Positions 20,701 to 35,800 of a stretch of DNA of 64,000 nucleotides are shown one piece after another (the stretch's first letter is position 1; each line of letters starts with the position of its first letter). Made by a program: the position numbers and the translations under genes. Source of the stretch: Lama guanicoe (taxonomy: Eukaryota); contig MU053758.1 in NCBI GenBank assembly GCA_013239625.1, forward strand, positions 2,170,001 to 2,234,000, read 5' to 3'. The notes below the pieces were generated by a model, which was not told the DNA's origin, did not search any database, and worked only from the letters and a program-made list of their open reading frames with translations.

Positions 20701-23700
20701 TAAGAAATTATTATTAAGGGGCAATCAATTAGAATGAATGCAGTATCTAATGGGAAAGCATGATCTGACTAAACCCAAGTTTTAAGTATCACATTTGAGA
20801 GCCTTTCTATTCTTAGAACAAACCACAAAAGAGACTGGAGCTGAACACCCCTCTCTTTCAAACAGAAAAAGATTAATATGTAATATTTTTAGACAGAAGA
20901 CTGGCTACCTCCTTAGCTCCTGAATGGCACTCTACTCTAGGCTTCTGATAGTATTAATTTTGACTAACAAGTCTATGATATATTAAGGAATTTTGATACT
21001 GTGGGCAAATTTTCTTTCTATAATTAAGGTTGGGCCCATAGTCTCGTGATTACAAAAAAAGTTTTAAGCTTGCATCCTTGCTCCTGCACTTACTAACTGT
21101 GAGACCTTGAACAGGTTACTTGACCTTTCTGTGCTTCGGTTTTCTCATCTATAATATAGAGATAATAACAATGCTTATATAGTGTTATGATGATTAAATG
21201 AATTAATATTTGTAAAGCATTTAAAAAATGCTAACATGTCTAATATATAATAATATACAACATAAGTTTTGGTTTAAAAACAAAAAAAGGCAACCTCAAT
21301 TATCTCCCCCCCAAACCCCAAAAAGGTATATGGGGATAGTTTGCTGTGTGCTCTTACAGAATCAATATGAGTTTGATCCCATTTGCATGCAACATAGCAT
21401 TCTTAGTAAATATTTAGCCAATCCCATATTTAGGCAGAGAAGTGGGGCCACAGAGAAATAAAGCTTGCTTTAAAAGACCATCAAACAAAAAGAAAAAATT
21501 ATAAAATAAAAGACCATCAGCACAAGGGAGGTTCTCCTCCAGGGCTGTTTTTTCTCTTTAAATGCTTCCTGCTATGTACCTGGCATCATTACTACAATAT
21601 AAATGACAAGAGTGGGTCTTCAAAAACTTTCTTCAGAAAGGAATTATATAAAAGCATTATAAGAGAAAACACCTTTATTTCTTTTCTCAAGTAATGAAAT
21701 AAAATGTTGATATTTTTCTAGTATGGATAGCAAGATATAGAAAATGAGGACTATTACCCCTTGGTTCAGGCCAATTACATGTAATCAGATAAGGTGCAAA
21801 GCAAGTAGGTGGGCATCTGAAAGGGTAGGAGTAGCCTTAGAGTGTCTACCTTAAAAATTTCAAGGTTCCAAGGAGTAAGTGTGAGTGAAGGAGGCCTCTG
21901 TTCCTTTCCTCTGATTTTTTGAGATAAACAAGAAATGTTTACCTAAGCCGAGGGCAGTTCTGACCTAAAGCATTCAGGATGGCATCTGTGATGTTGGAGC
22001 AGCCAGAGGCACAGAGGGACTGTAACTTATGGCACCCTCTGCATATAGTAATGAGACCTTCATCTGTGATTTGCTAAAAAACAAGAGAAAAAAAATGCAT
22101 AGGCATTAGTAACTTAGCAGAAGACAAAGAAAAAAAGTTACCTTTGTGAGATAAGTGACAAAAAAAATAAAAGTAGATATCATATTAATCATGTAGCAGA
22201 TCTAAAAGAAAATGAACACACTCTTGTTTTTTTCTAGTTCTCATTGATTTTAGTTTGCAAGAGAACCTGTGCTCAATTTTGGTGCAAAGGGAAGAAGCTA
22301 AAATGGGGTTCTCTTAACCTAATGGGATGAACGGGACTGGGAACAGCATGTGGTACGTCACGGTGTAGGTACAATTAAATGATTTTGAACCCAGAAAACA
22401 GATAACAACAGCGGTATTTTAATAGTATAAACACATTTACAAGTTCAAAATCGATATTAAGTTCCTGAAAAAAAAAAAAAAGACAACCAGTGGATGATAA
22501 CTGTGATCTCAAATCAACCACAGATCCATTTATTCTATATTTTAGTTTTATAACATAAAGAATAGCATAATCTAATGGAGATAGTTGTGCCCAATTCAAA
22601 TATAATTCTGTATGTTTTAAATTATTTTAAAATGAAAAAAAGAACACAAAAAGATGTTACATTAAAAAAAAAGATATCAGCACTTTAATTTGTCCTGCTA
22701 AATTCACTAATTTTGTGGAAGTCTCAGAATAAAGCTTTCCTGTCATTTCTGTTTAATCAAACGCTATCCTCAGGTTGTAAGAACTGAAAAAAAATCACAC
22801 TTTAAATAATCACTGCTTAAATCAGTATTTTCTCAATATTGTAGAATTGAAACAAAATGCACATGAAAAATGGATGCTAAGGCAGATACAAAATCTGTCA
22901 TGAGAAAACACTGTTGAGGCATATATACATGTACAAGTACCTAAAAGGGGGATGTATGGTTATTACTAAACAAGGATACATGAAATTAAAAGGGAGAAGC
23001 AGCAATCCATAAACATGCATATTTAGGAGGCCAATGGAATTTGTGTCTCACACAATATTAGGAAAACATTGGGAGGGCTGTGCTGCCTTTACTTTCCTAA
23101 TGTTTTAAGGTCTATAAGGGATTACCGAAAAAGAAAGATGAAGAAAGTCATATTAACCAATAATTTAAATTTTTAAGAGTAAAATCTACTAAATTTTTTT
23201 ATGTTTTTAAATTACTCAAGAAAAAGAGACTGCATTAAGAATGTGCTTTGGCCACTTCAATAGTTTTGGGCAGAAGTCTCATGAATGTTGAGAATCATTT
23301 CATGACATTGTACAGAGTGACTGAAGAAACAACTCATGCCCTAAGATCTGGGTAAAGGTAAACAGTAAGATAAACATATGACAGAGCTGGTTCTTTACAC
23401 TTTCCAAGTGTGATTTCTGCCTGCTAGAAGAGTAAACGAAAGGAGCTAAAATGGCAAATGGCAGATACGCTATATATGTATTTATATATATGGGGTGAGT
23501 GTGAGATACAGAGTGCACGTGTTGAGTGTAAGTATATAAATAAAATCTGAACATGTGTCTATCACTGTAAGATGGTGGTGTCATGTTTACAATAGTTGTG
23601 TAAGCTCTTTCTTTTAGGCCAAATATTTCAGTTACATAAATGAAAGTAGAATCAGAATTAAAAGGAATATCATACCTTTAACTCAGTCTCTAGGAGCCTC

Positions 23701-26700
23701 TTAGATCACTAACAGCACTGTACGGGTAGGGGCTGGAAGAGCAGGTTGCTTAAACTGCATAAAATGTGGTCCTGTATGTATCACCTTTAAACTAAGCAAC
23801 TACTATGTTCTAAAGTTTCAGATGGCAAACAACAAGGGGAAAGTATAATAATCAGAAGGCTTAACATAAACAAGGAAAACCCTCACCAACTTTTTTCATT
23901 GCTACAAGAGGCTCTCACTCCAAGGCAACACACATGTAATTTTCAAGGCAAGAGAGAAAAGCTAAAGGTGTGCTGTCAGTGCTCTAGGATCCTGAATAGT
24001 TTCAGCCAGTTCTCTGAGCAAAATTCAGGGGCTTTGTGATAGACACAAAAAGCTGACAGTCTAAACGAGCCAAATGTGAAATACAAATACTACTCCAAAA
24101 ATAATTTAAAGGGGACATTTTGCTTATTGTCTGCTTAGATCAGCAGTTCCCTATGGCTCACTGATAGATTTTAATCACTGTAATTGCAATTAATTTACCA
24201 AAAATATTTTACTTTAAATACTGAAGTTTGTGAATAATTTTCTTCTAAAAAGTAGAGTTTTCTTATGTAGAAAAAGAAAGGGGTGGAGTTACAGTTTAGC
24301 TTATTTGCCTTCTGTATAAGCCACCCTCTATCTCATCCATGTCAAAGCCCTCATGAATGAGTATCGTTGAGCATGCAAAAAAATCGCTGGTCTTTACAAA
24401 GGACTAAAACTCTTACAATAATATTATTGAAATGAATTACTAATACAGAAGGAATGCTTACTAAGCAAGTCTGCAAGTTCAAAGTCACCAGTTCAGGACA
24501 GTGTGCACCTATGTACTTGAGAGCTTCATCTTCTAGCTAGAAAGATTAAAAAGAGAGAGAAAAAAATGATTACTGACATTGCTTTAAATCTTAAAAATTT
24601 AAGAATATACACATTCATGAATACGTTCTAGATATAGCCAACCAAGTTGTAAAGGAAGAATGAACTGGAAACAACGAACTATGATCATATAAACATGTAA
24701 TTCATATGACTGGAACAGTTATCAGTATTTGTTATCAATTCTGACCACATCAAATTCATCTATTACCAAATCAAGGAAATAAATATTGCCCAATGTTTGG
24801 ATTTTTCTTTTGATAAATTAAACATGCCTGACAGTATTTTGCTGAAGGATTTCGAAACTAAAATAACTTTCACATTTCTACACTCCCTGTAAAGTTTTTA
24901 AAAAACAAACTTTTGGGAGCAGGAGTTGATAAACGAATCCAAAGTTTATCTGCTCCAGGAAGATCAGTGCTATGTGTAGAGTGCCGAGAACAGATGGCAA
25001 GTAGTTGATTATAATGATGCAATCCAATCAATATTTTTCAGGATTCCATAAATAACGAGAAACTCAAGCTGTTGTTTTAAGGCAGCCATACTTTTAAAGC
25101 TCTGTTTCAAACAATGGAAACCCTTCCATCATGGAGAAACAATGAGGGCATTTTAAATAGAATCCAAGGCTTGGTTTTAGTAATCATTAATAAAATAAGG
25201 TAATAAGAGCCTAGCCCTACCTTGTCAGTCCTTCCTAAATCCACTCTTGATCATTTCCTTCCAGATGCTACCATGTCAATTCTTTTTTTTTTCCACCCCT
25301 GTGTAACACTGAGATATTAAAATTTTTAATAACAAAATATGTTGGATTTGTGATGTGACTGGAGGGAAATAAGCACCAACACTATAAAATGTAGGTTGCT
25401 GTATACTTGGCACATTTAAGAAAAACTCGGTGGTTAAACAACCAGTGGAAATTGCCAAGACTATCTTCCTTGCTTATCCAGTTCAAGGTCTCAGGCAGTG
25501 ACAACATGGCAAGTTTTCTTTTCAGATTAAATTGCATGAAACCCTTCTTGCCTATGGTGCCTGTTCAGCATGATTTTGTCTCCCCAGCTTGCCTCCTCTC
25601 AAAATTTTATCTTTGGTCAGGTGTTAATTCTTATATTTTTTTTACTCTAGAGAAAACACTTTAATTTTTCAGTAAGCATATGTCTTTGGTCAATAATGCA
25701 CAACAACTACATATCCCTCAAGCCAACATCTTGGGGCTGCCCACCAAGTTCATGGTTCCTCTATCATTCACAAGTGCAACATGGAGTATTACCTGTGTGC
25801 AGCCTTTTAAGAATAAGGCTTTCAGACCTCCACAGCCTCTCACTAGTGCTTGGATACCATCCTTGGTTACTTGGTCACACCAGGAAATGTTTAATTGCTC
25901 CAACAGTGGACATCCCTCACTTAGGATAAAACAAAGTGAAACAAACATATAACTAAATCCAATTCCAAAGGCACAAAAGTCTCATTTTATTGGCTATCTA
26001 GTCAGGGATTTACTCAATGTAGATTGAGAATATAGGCAATTCCACAACAAAAAAAAGTGCGTTTATCAATGTTTGTGGTGTTCACGTGGGACTACATCAC
26101 TAGGAGGGCTATCTCAAATCTAGCTTAACTAAGAAGCACAAGCACAATACTGTTTCTGATACATTAGATCATTATGGAGGTTTCTATTTTTCAAATCTGT
26201 TCTTTTTGCACTTAGATATTTAAAGGTCTCTAGATAGGAAATGGAAATAAAGTGACTTTTTCTAGTTAACAGAGTAATTAACAAAGAGTCAGATTCAAAT
26301 TCACTAAATCAATTACTTATCAGGTACTAAGAAGGACAAAAATGACAAAGGATCTGTAAATTTTCCTTTTCTGGGAAGTATCCAGAGGACAATTTCCACA
26401 GAAATTTAGGATACATGGTATCAGACCTCTGCCTTCTACCGAACACCAGCTTCATCTTTGATCTTCGATTTCACAGTCAAACTATGGAAGAATCCCAAGC
26501 TCTATGGCATTCTTTGGAAAATATTGCTTTAATTGTTTTATAAATTGAAGCCAGGGGAATCTTGGTTCAAGTTCATTTGTCAACATCAATATTGTGACTT
26601 CAGGCAAGTTACTACAGGAAGCCTGCCAATACCATGATTAGTCTGAGATTAGCCATAGCCCTTCTATGTTCTTCCCAAACTGATGTACACTTCTGTCACA

Positions 26701-29700
26701 GTACTTATCATGCTGTGTAGTGGTTTTTTGTTTTTTTTTTTCATCCACTAGACTCTGAGCAACTTATGGTTAGCAACCATACCTTATTCAGTTACCTCCT
26801 ACGGTTGAATAACGGTACCCGACATTAAAAAATGTTTTAGATTTTCTTATCTGTAAAGTGTCAGTCATATGTACCTCACAAGATTTTCAAATAAATGAGA
26901 ACATTTATGTGAATTACTTATAAACTATAAACATCGTTATACTATCTTACTTATTATCATATAAGGCAAACAGCCCAAGATACATGTATGTGTTCAATAT
27001 TCATAAGGAAGGTATAGAAGAAGCCACATTTTCAGATTACTTATACTAATTACACTTTTTCTTTTAATAGCTTAATTCTTACTATTCATAAATGCAACCA
27101 ATACATGGGACCATAATCATTTATAAAAGGCTGATAAAAAGGTAAAAGTACAAAGAAATTTCACTCTTCTTTTAAGATATATCTTTTGTGATATACTTTT
27201 AAAAGTACATTAACATTAAAACAATGAAAACTTACTGAGTGCTTACTATATACTAGGAACTCTGCTAAGTACTTCCTTCATGTATAAACTGTACTGTTCT
27301 GTTCAGAAATCCTAGTTACTTCTAGCCATTTCACCTGAATGTGCCCTGTAACTTGGGCAAGTGGTAAAACAAAAGATCTATTCTGAACTACAGCACAAAT
27401 CTATAAAACATCATTTCCTTTAAGTTCAACTTTATTTCAGTTATTAAAAAAACAGTTCTGATTATTGGACATTCTTGTTGTAAAAAATTTACCTTAGAGC
27501 TTTTAGAGACATGTTTGTTATCGATGTACAGGAAGCCAAGTCAAGGTGCCTGAGCTTGGAACAGAACTTGCTAAGGCTAGTACAAGTACTGAAAAATGGA
27601 AAGAGGGAAAATAATGAATAAACATACAGAACACATCCTTAGTATATTACACACAATTCCCATTAAACATATGTATATACATATAACAACTGTAAGATTT
27701 CCACATCCCAAATAAAAGCAGTTGCAAATCCAGGGACCTTTCATGCTGATGAAGAGGCAGGTTCACAAAGGATTTAAAAAAGAAAAAAACTTGTGTTGTG
27801 TATGAGAATTTGCATTAAGGGAAGATGGTGCTTGACTCACATTTGGAAATGTTAATAGCTACTGACAGCAAACTACATTTGTGCTGATAAGATACATGTA
27901 TTTTGCAAATCCAGGAACACCAGAAAAGCTAGCTAGTAACTGCTAGCAAGCGGTGAAACATGAAGACCAAAAGATGCGACTGCTCTTTCACTCCTATCTC
28001 TGCTCAGGATGACCTTTGCAAGGCAGTAATGAAAAAACTGAATTTTTGCAAAGTATACAGAGGATGGACAGTGTTGGGCTGAAATACATTATGTAATATT
28101 ACTGCCTGCTTTCCTTTATGAATTTCTTAAAGGCTCTTTTTCCACAGTGGTTGAGTTTCTCATTTAAAATTCTAATCCAAACAAGACCCATACATTCCAG
28201 TTGGCTGATATGTTTCTTAGGTCTTTGTGTGGACTTATGTTTTCAGTTCTTCTGGGTAGATGCCTCGGAGAATTGCTAGGTTCTATACTGAGCTTATATG
28301 TGACTTTTTAAGAAACTGCCAAACTGTTTTCTAAAGTTGCTGTACCATTTTACATTCCCACAGCAGTGCATGAAGGTCCCAGTTTTTCCACATCCTTGCC
28401 AACACTTGACATTGTCTCTTTTTGACTACAGTCATTTTAGTGGGTATGGAGTATAATCCTCTTGTGGTTTTATTTTATAATTTTGTAATGAACACTCTTT
28501 CTTATGCTTATTAGCCATTCATCACTTTCCTTGGTGAAATGTCTAAGTGCTTAGCCCAATTTTTAATTGGACTGCCTTATTACTAATTGTTAAGAGTTCT
28601 CTATCTTTTCTCAATATACATATTCTTTAATTTCTCTCAGTAATGTCTTGTGGTTTTCAGTATAGAAATTTGGCATTGTTTTAGGATTATGTTATCTGAA
28701 AATAAGGACAGTTTTACTTACTTCATTCCTATTGGTATGCTCTCTCTCTTTTAAAAACTATTGCATTAGATAGAATTTTCAATAAAATGTTGAATAGAAA
28801 TGACATGAGTTAATGTCCTTGCTTTGCTCTTGATCTTAGGGTAAGGCATTCAATCTTTCACTATTAAGTATGATGTTACCAATAGGTTTTTCATGGATGT
28901 CTTTGATCAGATCAAGGAAACTCCTTTCTACTCCTAGTTTGTTGAGAATTTTTATCACGAATGGGTGTTGGATATCTTCATGTGCTTTTTCTGTATCTAA
29001 TGATGTATTAGTTGTGTAACAAATTACCTCAAAACCAAGCAGCTTACAACAACAATTATTTATTATCTCAGTTTCCATGGGTCAAGAATTCAGGCACAGG
29101 CAGCTTAGCAGGGTGCCTCTGGCTCAGGGTTTCTGACAAGGCTACAGTCAAGGTACTGGTCATAGCTGCATTCATCTCCAAGTTTAAATGGGTATAGATT
29201 CCCTTCCAAGCTCATTCAGGTGGATGTTGGCAGGCCTCAGAAGATCCAATTCCAAGCTCACTCATTTGGTTTTTGGTAGGATTCAGGTTTGCTGGCTATA
29301 GACCAGAGCTCCCAGTTCCTTGTCACATGGGCCTCTCAACAGAGCTACTCACAACAGGGCAACTTGCCTCCCCCAGAGCTGGAGCCCTGAGAGAAAGTAG
29401 AGCAAGACAGAAGTCACAGTCTTGGTAACCTAATCTCCAAAGCGACATCCAATCTCTTCTGCAGTAGTCTATTGTTAGAAATGAGTCACTAAGTCCAGTC
29501 CACGCTCAAGAGGAAAAGATTACACAAGGGTGCAAATACGAGGAGGCAGGTATTACTTGGGGGTCACTGTGGAGGCTACCTATCACATTGAGATGATTGT
29601 GTGTTTTTTGTCCTTTATTCAGAGGACAGTAAATCTCACCAGCTTCCTACTTATTTATGGCTCACAAGTCAAGAATGGTGTTGACATTTTTAAATGGTTC

Positions 29701-32700
29701 AAAGAAAATCAAAAGATCCTATTTTGTGACATGTGAAAATTAAATGAAATTCAAATTTCACCACCATGCAATAAAGTTTTACTGGGGCACAGCCACATTC
29801 ATTTGTTTATGTATTATCTATGGCTACCTTTGTAAAACACTGGTAGGGTTGAGTAGCTGTCACAGAGACTATGTGGCCAACAAAGCCTAAAATATTTCCT
29901 TATCCAGCTTCATATAGAAAAAGTTTGCTGATTCTTGCTTTATTCTATTTATTATGAAATATTACATGAACTGACTTTCTATTCTTTTTTAAATTGAAGT
30001 ATAGTTGATTTTTTAAAAAATTTATTTATTCATTTAATGGAGGCACTGGGAGTTGAACCCAGGACCTTGTATACACTAAGCATGCATTCTACCACTGAGC
30101 TATACCCTCTCTCTGAAGTATAGTTGACTTACAGTGTTGTATTAGTTTCTGGTGTACAGTGCAGTGATTCAGTTACACATATTATTTTTCATTACAGGTT
30201 ACTCCAGGCTGCTGAATACAGCTCCCTGTTCTATAAAGCAGGACCTTGTTGTTTATCTATTCTGTACCTAGTAGTTTGTATCAGCCAATTTCAAATTACC
30301 AATTTATCCCTCCCTTCCCCTTTCTCCCACTGGTAACTGTAAGTTTATTTTCTGTTGATGAGTCTCCTGTTTTGTAAATAAGTTCCTTTGTGTCATTTTT
30401 TAAAGATTCCACATATAAGTGATATCATATGAAACCTGTCTTTCTCTCACTTACTTCACTTACTGTGATAATCTCTAGGTCCACCCATGTTGCTGCAAAT
30501 GACATTATTTCATTCCTTTTTATGGCCGAGTAGTGTTCCATTGTGTGTGTGTGTGTGCGCGCGCACGCTGTCAATGGACATTCAGGTTGATTCCATGTCT
30601 TGGCTATTGTAAAAAGTGCTGCTGTGGACACTGGGGTGCATGTGTCCTTCTGAATTTCTGAGTTTTCTCTGGATATATGCTCAGGAGTGGGATTGTGGGA
30701 TCATACAGTAACTATTTTTAGTTCTTCAAAACCTCCATACTGTTCATCATAGTGGCTGTACCAATTTACAATCTCACCAACGAACTGATTTTAGGATGCT
30801 AAACTACACTTGTATGTAATTTCTGGGATAAAACCCACTTGGTTATGATCCAAAACCTTTTTATATGTTGCTGGATTTGGTTTCCTAAGAGTTTGTTCAG
30901 TATTTTTGCACCTCTGTTCCTGACAGCAAATCAGTAGATTTCCTTTTATTGTGATGTCTCTAATTGGCTTTTGTATCAGAAAAATACCAGCCTCTTAGAA
31001 CAAGTCATGAAGTGTTTCTTCTTTTACTTTATCAATGAGTTTCAGGATTGGTATTAAATCTTCTTTAAATATATGATGGACTCACCAATGAAGCGATCTG
31101 GGCCTGGGCTTTTCTTTGTGGGACAATTTTGAATTACTCAGTGAATTTACTTGCTATACATCTATTCAGATGGTCTATTTTTTTCTTGAGTCAAATTTGG
31201 TAATTTGGGCCTTCCCAGGAATTTGCTCATTTCATCTAGGTCATCTGATTTGTCAGCATAAAGTTATTTATGATTTTCCATGATAATCATTTTATCTGTC
31301 TTTTGGCTCAAGTATTTAGTCCTCCCCTTCATTCCTGCTTTTGATAATTTGAGTCTTCTTTCTTATTTTCTTAGTCTATGTTTGTCAAGTCTTAATTTTT
31401 TCCCCAAAGAACCAGCTTTTGGTTTCATTGATTTTATTACTGTTTCTGTTGCCTATTTCATGATATCCAATTCAATCTGCACTTTTCCCCCTTCTTCTGT
31501 GTGCTCTGGACTTTGTCCTTCTTTTTCTAATTTCTTAATGTTGAAGATTGTTATTGATTTGAGCTTTCTTTCTTTCCTCTTTATTGATAGGAATGCAGAG
31601 CTATATCACTATCTTGGCTGCATCCCATAAATTCTGGTAACTTTTTATTTTCATTTAGCTCAAAATTATTTAGAAGCATTGATGCTTAACTTCCAGATAC
31701 TTGAGGTTTTTCCACATTTTGTTCTGTTGTGAATCTCTAGTTTAATTTTTACTTTTTTTAAAGTTATTTTCTTATAGTTTGCTAATGGATTACAATATGT
31801 ATCTTAACTTACCACAATGTATTTCAGAACAATAACCTGATTCTCCCAAAACATAAGCATTTTGCTACAATAGCTCATGGTTCCCTGCACTCTCCTTTAT
31901 GCTATTACTTTCAAGTGTTTAAATATATATTACTTCTATATATGATGTAGACCTAACAATATAGTGTTATGATTATTGCTTTATACAGGCTTTTATTTTC
32001 TCAAGAAGACAGGAGAGAATTAGTCTTAGATTTACCCACATATTTACTAATTTACATATTTACTAGCAATTCTGATTACTCTTCATTTATCAGTTCCTAT
32101 GTATTTGAGTTACTGTTTGGTATTTATTTTCTTTGGACCTGAAGAGCTTTCTTTAGTATTTTTTGCAAAGCACATTTACTCACAACAAATCCTCTCCATT
32201 TTTGTTTATCTGGGAAAATCATTATTTTGCTTTCATTTTTGAAGGATAGTTTTCTTTTCAGAATACTGAATACATCACATGGCTCTGGCTTCCACTGTTT
32301 CTGATTAGGTTACACGTTAATCATATATTCCTTTTTTATACATGAGTTATTTTCCTTTTGCTGCTTACAAAATCTTCTCTTTTAGTTTGGCTCTAGGTTT
32401 GGATATCTCTATCTTTAATCTTCCTGGGGTTACTGAACTTAGAGTTGTAGATTAATGTTTATCATCAAATTTGGAAGGTTTTCTACATCAATTCCTCATA
32501 TATATACACACACACACACACATATATAATAAAAAATATATATACATATATATACACATATATATTATATATATGTATGTGTGTGTGTATACATAAATTT
32601 TTTTTTTTTGCCCCTCTCTGTCTTGTCTGGGATTCCCATTTCATGTATGCTGGTACTCATAATGTTATTCCACAGATCTCTGAGGCTCTGCCCATTTTAC

Positions 32701-32784
32701 TTTAATCTTTTATCTTTCTGTTCTTCAGACTGGAAAATTTCTACAAATCTATCTTTAAGTTGATTTTATTTATTTACTTTTGTG

Positions 32785-32818
<34 letters not shown>

Positions 32819-35800
32819 ATACCACACCTTCTTAACCCAGTCATCTGTCAAGTGGGCATTTAGGTTGTTTCCATGTCTTGGCTGTTGTAAATAGTGCTGC
32901 TATGAACATTGGGGTGCATGTAACTTTTCAAATTTGAGCTTCCTCCAAAGTTGGATGCCCAGGAGTGGGACTGCTGGATCATATGGTTAACTCTGTTTTT
33001 AGTTTTTTAAGGAATCTCCATTCTGTTTTCCATAATGGCTGCACCAAACTACATTCCCTCCAACAGTGTAGGAGGGTTCCCTTTTCTCCACACCCTGTCC
33101 AGCATTTATCGTTTGTGGACTTTCAAATGATGGTCATTCTGACTGTAGTGAGGCGATACCTTACTTTTGATTTGCATTTCACTGATAATTGGTGATACTG
33201 AGCATTTTTTCATGTGCCTATTGGCTATTTGTGTGTCTTTGTTGGAATTACTTGTTTAGGTCTTCTGCATTTTTTTCGATTGGGCCATTTGCTCTTTTGT
33301 TATTATGTTGTAAGAGTTGTTTCTATATTCTGGAAATTAAGCCCTTGTCAGTCGCATCATTTGCAAATATTTTCTCCCATTCTGTAGGTTCCTTTTTTTG
33401 TATCTTTAAGCTTATTGATTATCTGTTTTTCTGTTCCCACCCTACCCCCCACAGCTTTATGGACATATAACATTGTGTAAATTTAAAGTATACAGTGTGA
33501 TGATTTGATACACATATACATTGTGGAATGGTTACCACAATAAGGTTAGTTAGCACACTCTTCACCTCACATAAATACCATTTTGTTATTATTATGGTGA
33601 AAACATTTAAAATCTATCCTCAAGTATACAATACAGTACTGTTCATTACAATCATCGTGCTGTACATTTGGATCTCTGGAAATTATTTGTCTTATACAAG
33701 TTTGTATTCTCTGACCAACATCTTTCTCATTTTCTCTGTTATCTTTAACGTGCAATTTGAGACTGCTACTGAATTTTTTTAGATACTGTATTTCTATTTC
33801 CAGAATTTCCATTTGGCTCATATTTTACGACTTCTATCTCTATTGACATTCTCTATTTAAAAAGCCACTGTCATCATACTTTCCTTTTTTAAAATGGGGA
33901 TATAATTAATGTGTAACATTGTATTAGTTTCAGGTGTACAACAAACTAATTCAAATATATGTGTATATTGCAAAATGATCACAATGACCTACGTTACCAC
34001 ATATAGTTGCAATATTTTTTCTTGTGATGAAAATGTAAGATCTCCTTTCGATTAATTTTTAATAGTTTGGTTTCAGTGTACAGTAATGTGCATATTTTTA
34101 TTAAGGTTATCCTTAAGTATTTTATGTTCTTGGATGTTACCGTGGATGTTGCTATATTTAAAATTTCACATTCCAATTGTTCATTGATAGTATATGGATA
34201 CATAATTAATTTTTGCATATTGGCCATTTTTCCCAGGAACTTGCTAGAACAAGCCCTATCGTGCCATTTGTAAATTACTTTCCAATCTACATGTCTCCCT
34301 TTCTGGCTCCCCTTATTTCTTTTACAATTAAATACAATGTTAACAGTATATTTTTCATATATACAATTTATCAGGTTAAGGAAATTACCTTTTTCTAGTT
34401 TGTTTAGAGATTTTCTCATTAATGGGTGTTTAATTTTATAAAATGCCTTTTTTGGTTCTATTGAGATGATCACGTGATTTTTCTTCCTTGATCTGTTATT
34501 AAGTTGTAACTTCTAACACTGACTGATTTTGTATGTTAAAACAATCTTACATGTATGGGATAAATCCAAGTTGGCTATGATTTATTACCATTTTCATATA
34601 TTGCTGGATTCAACTTGATGATATTTCGTTAAAGATTTTTACTTGTCCATGTGGGATACTGATCTCTAGTTTCCTTTTCTTTCTTTTCTTACTTTTGAAA
34701 CCATGGTAATGATGGCATTATAAAATGAGTTAAGAAAGCTTTTCCTCCTGCTCTTTTATTTGGAAAGATTTTTACAAGACTGTTTCCTTCTAAAATGTTC
34801 AATAGGGAGTGGGTATAGCTCAGTGGTAGGGCACATGCTTAGCATGTATGAGGTCCCAGGTTCAATCCCCAGTACCTCCATGAAAAAAATAAAATACGAT
34901 AAATAAAATGTTCAATAGACTTTAATACTATCCAAGCCCGTAGCATTTTGTTTTGGTTTTTTGGATTTTTATTTTTGGTGGAAAGGTTTTTAATCATCAA
35001 ATTTCTAAAGATATACAGCAACTCAGATTTTCTATTTTTTAATAGTTTTGGTAATTTTTGCCTTTCAAGGAAATTATTCATTTCATCTTAGCTGTCAAAT
35101 TTATTGGCATACAATTGCTCATAATATTCTCTTATTATCCCTTTAATAGGTGTAGAAAATGTAGTGATATTTCTTTTTACGGTCTTGGTAGTGGCAGCTT
35201 TTGTTTTCTTTCTTGACTAATCTAGAAGTTGATCAAGCTTACTGATTTTATTTCAAAGAAACAGCTTCCAGTTTTATGGCTTTCCTCTACTCTCTCCCCA
35301 TTTTTTATTTCATTGATTTTTACCATTATCTTTATTTCCTTCCTTTTACTTACTATGGATTTACTTTCTTTTTCTAGTTTCCTAAAGTGAAAGATTTGAT
35401 TTTAAACCTTTCTTTTATAACACAAGCATTTAAAACTACACATTTTGCTCTAAGCATTGCTATTGGTGCATTCTACAAGTTTCAAATGTTGTGTTTCCAT
35501 TATGAGACAGTGAAATTTACTTTGTAATTTTCTTTGTAATTTATCCCTTGATGCGTGGTTATTCAGGTGATATTTAATATTCAAAATTTCCAGATATGTA
35601 TTATCTGATTCCTACTTTAATTCTAATTTAATTCTGTTGAGGCCATAGAACGTACTCAATATGATTTCAATCCTAAATTTACTGAAGCTTGTTTTATGGC
35701 TCATTATTTGGTGTCTCTTATTGAATATTCCAAGTGCACTTGAAAAGAACGCTTATTCTGGTACTTTCTGGTATAGTATTCTATAAATGTCAATTAGGAC

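Noticed and set aside
33994..34473. 159-aa RT-like ORF (also 28836..29078 and 30425..30631)
   Set aside because: Degenerate L1 ORF2 fragments, not functional genes.
34806..34880. tRNA-like sequences (A/B boxes) at several sites
   Set aside because: They are SINE heads with A-tails and TSDs, not tRNA genes.
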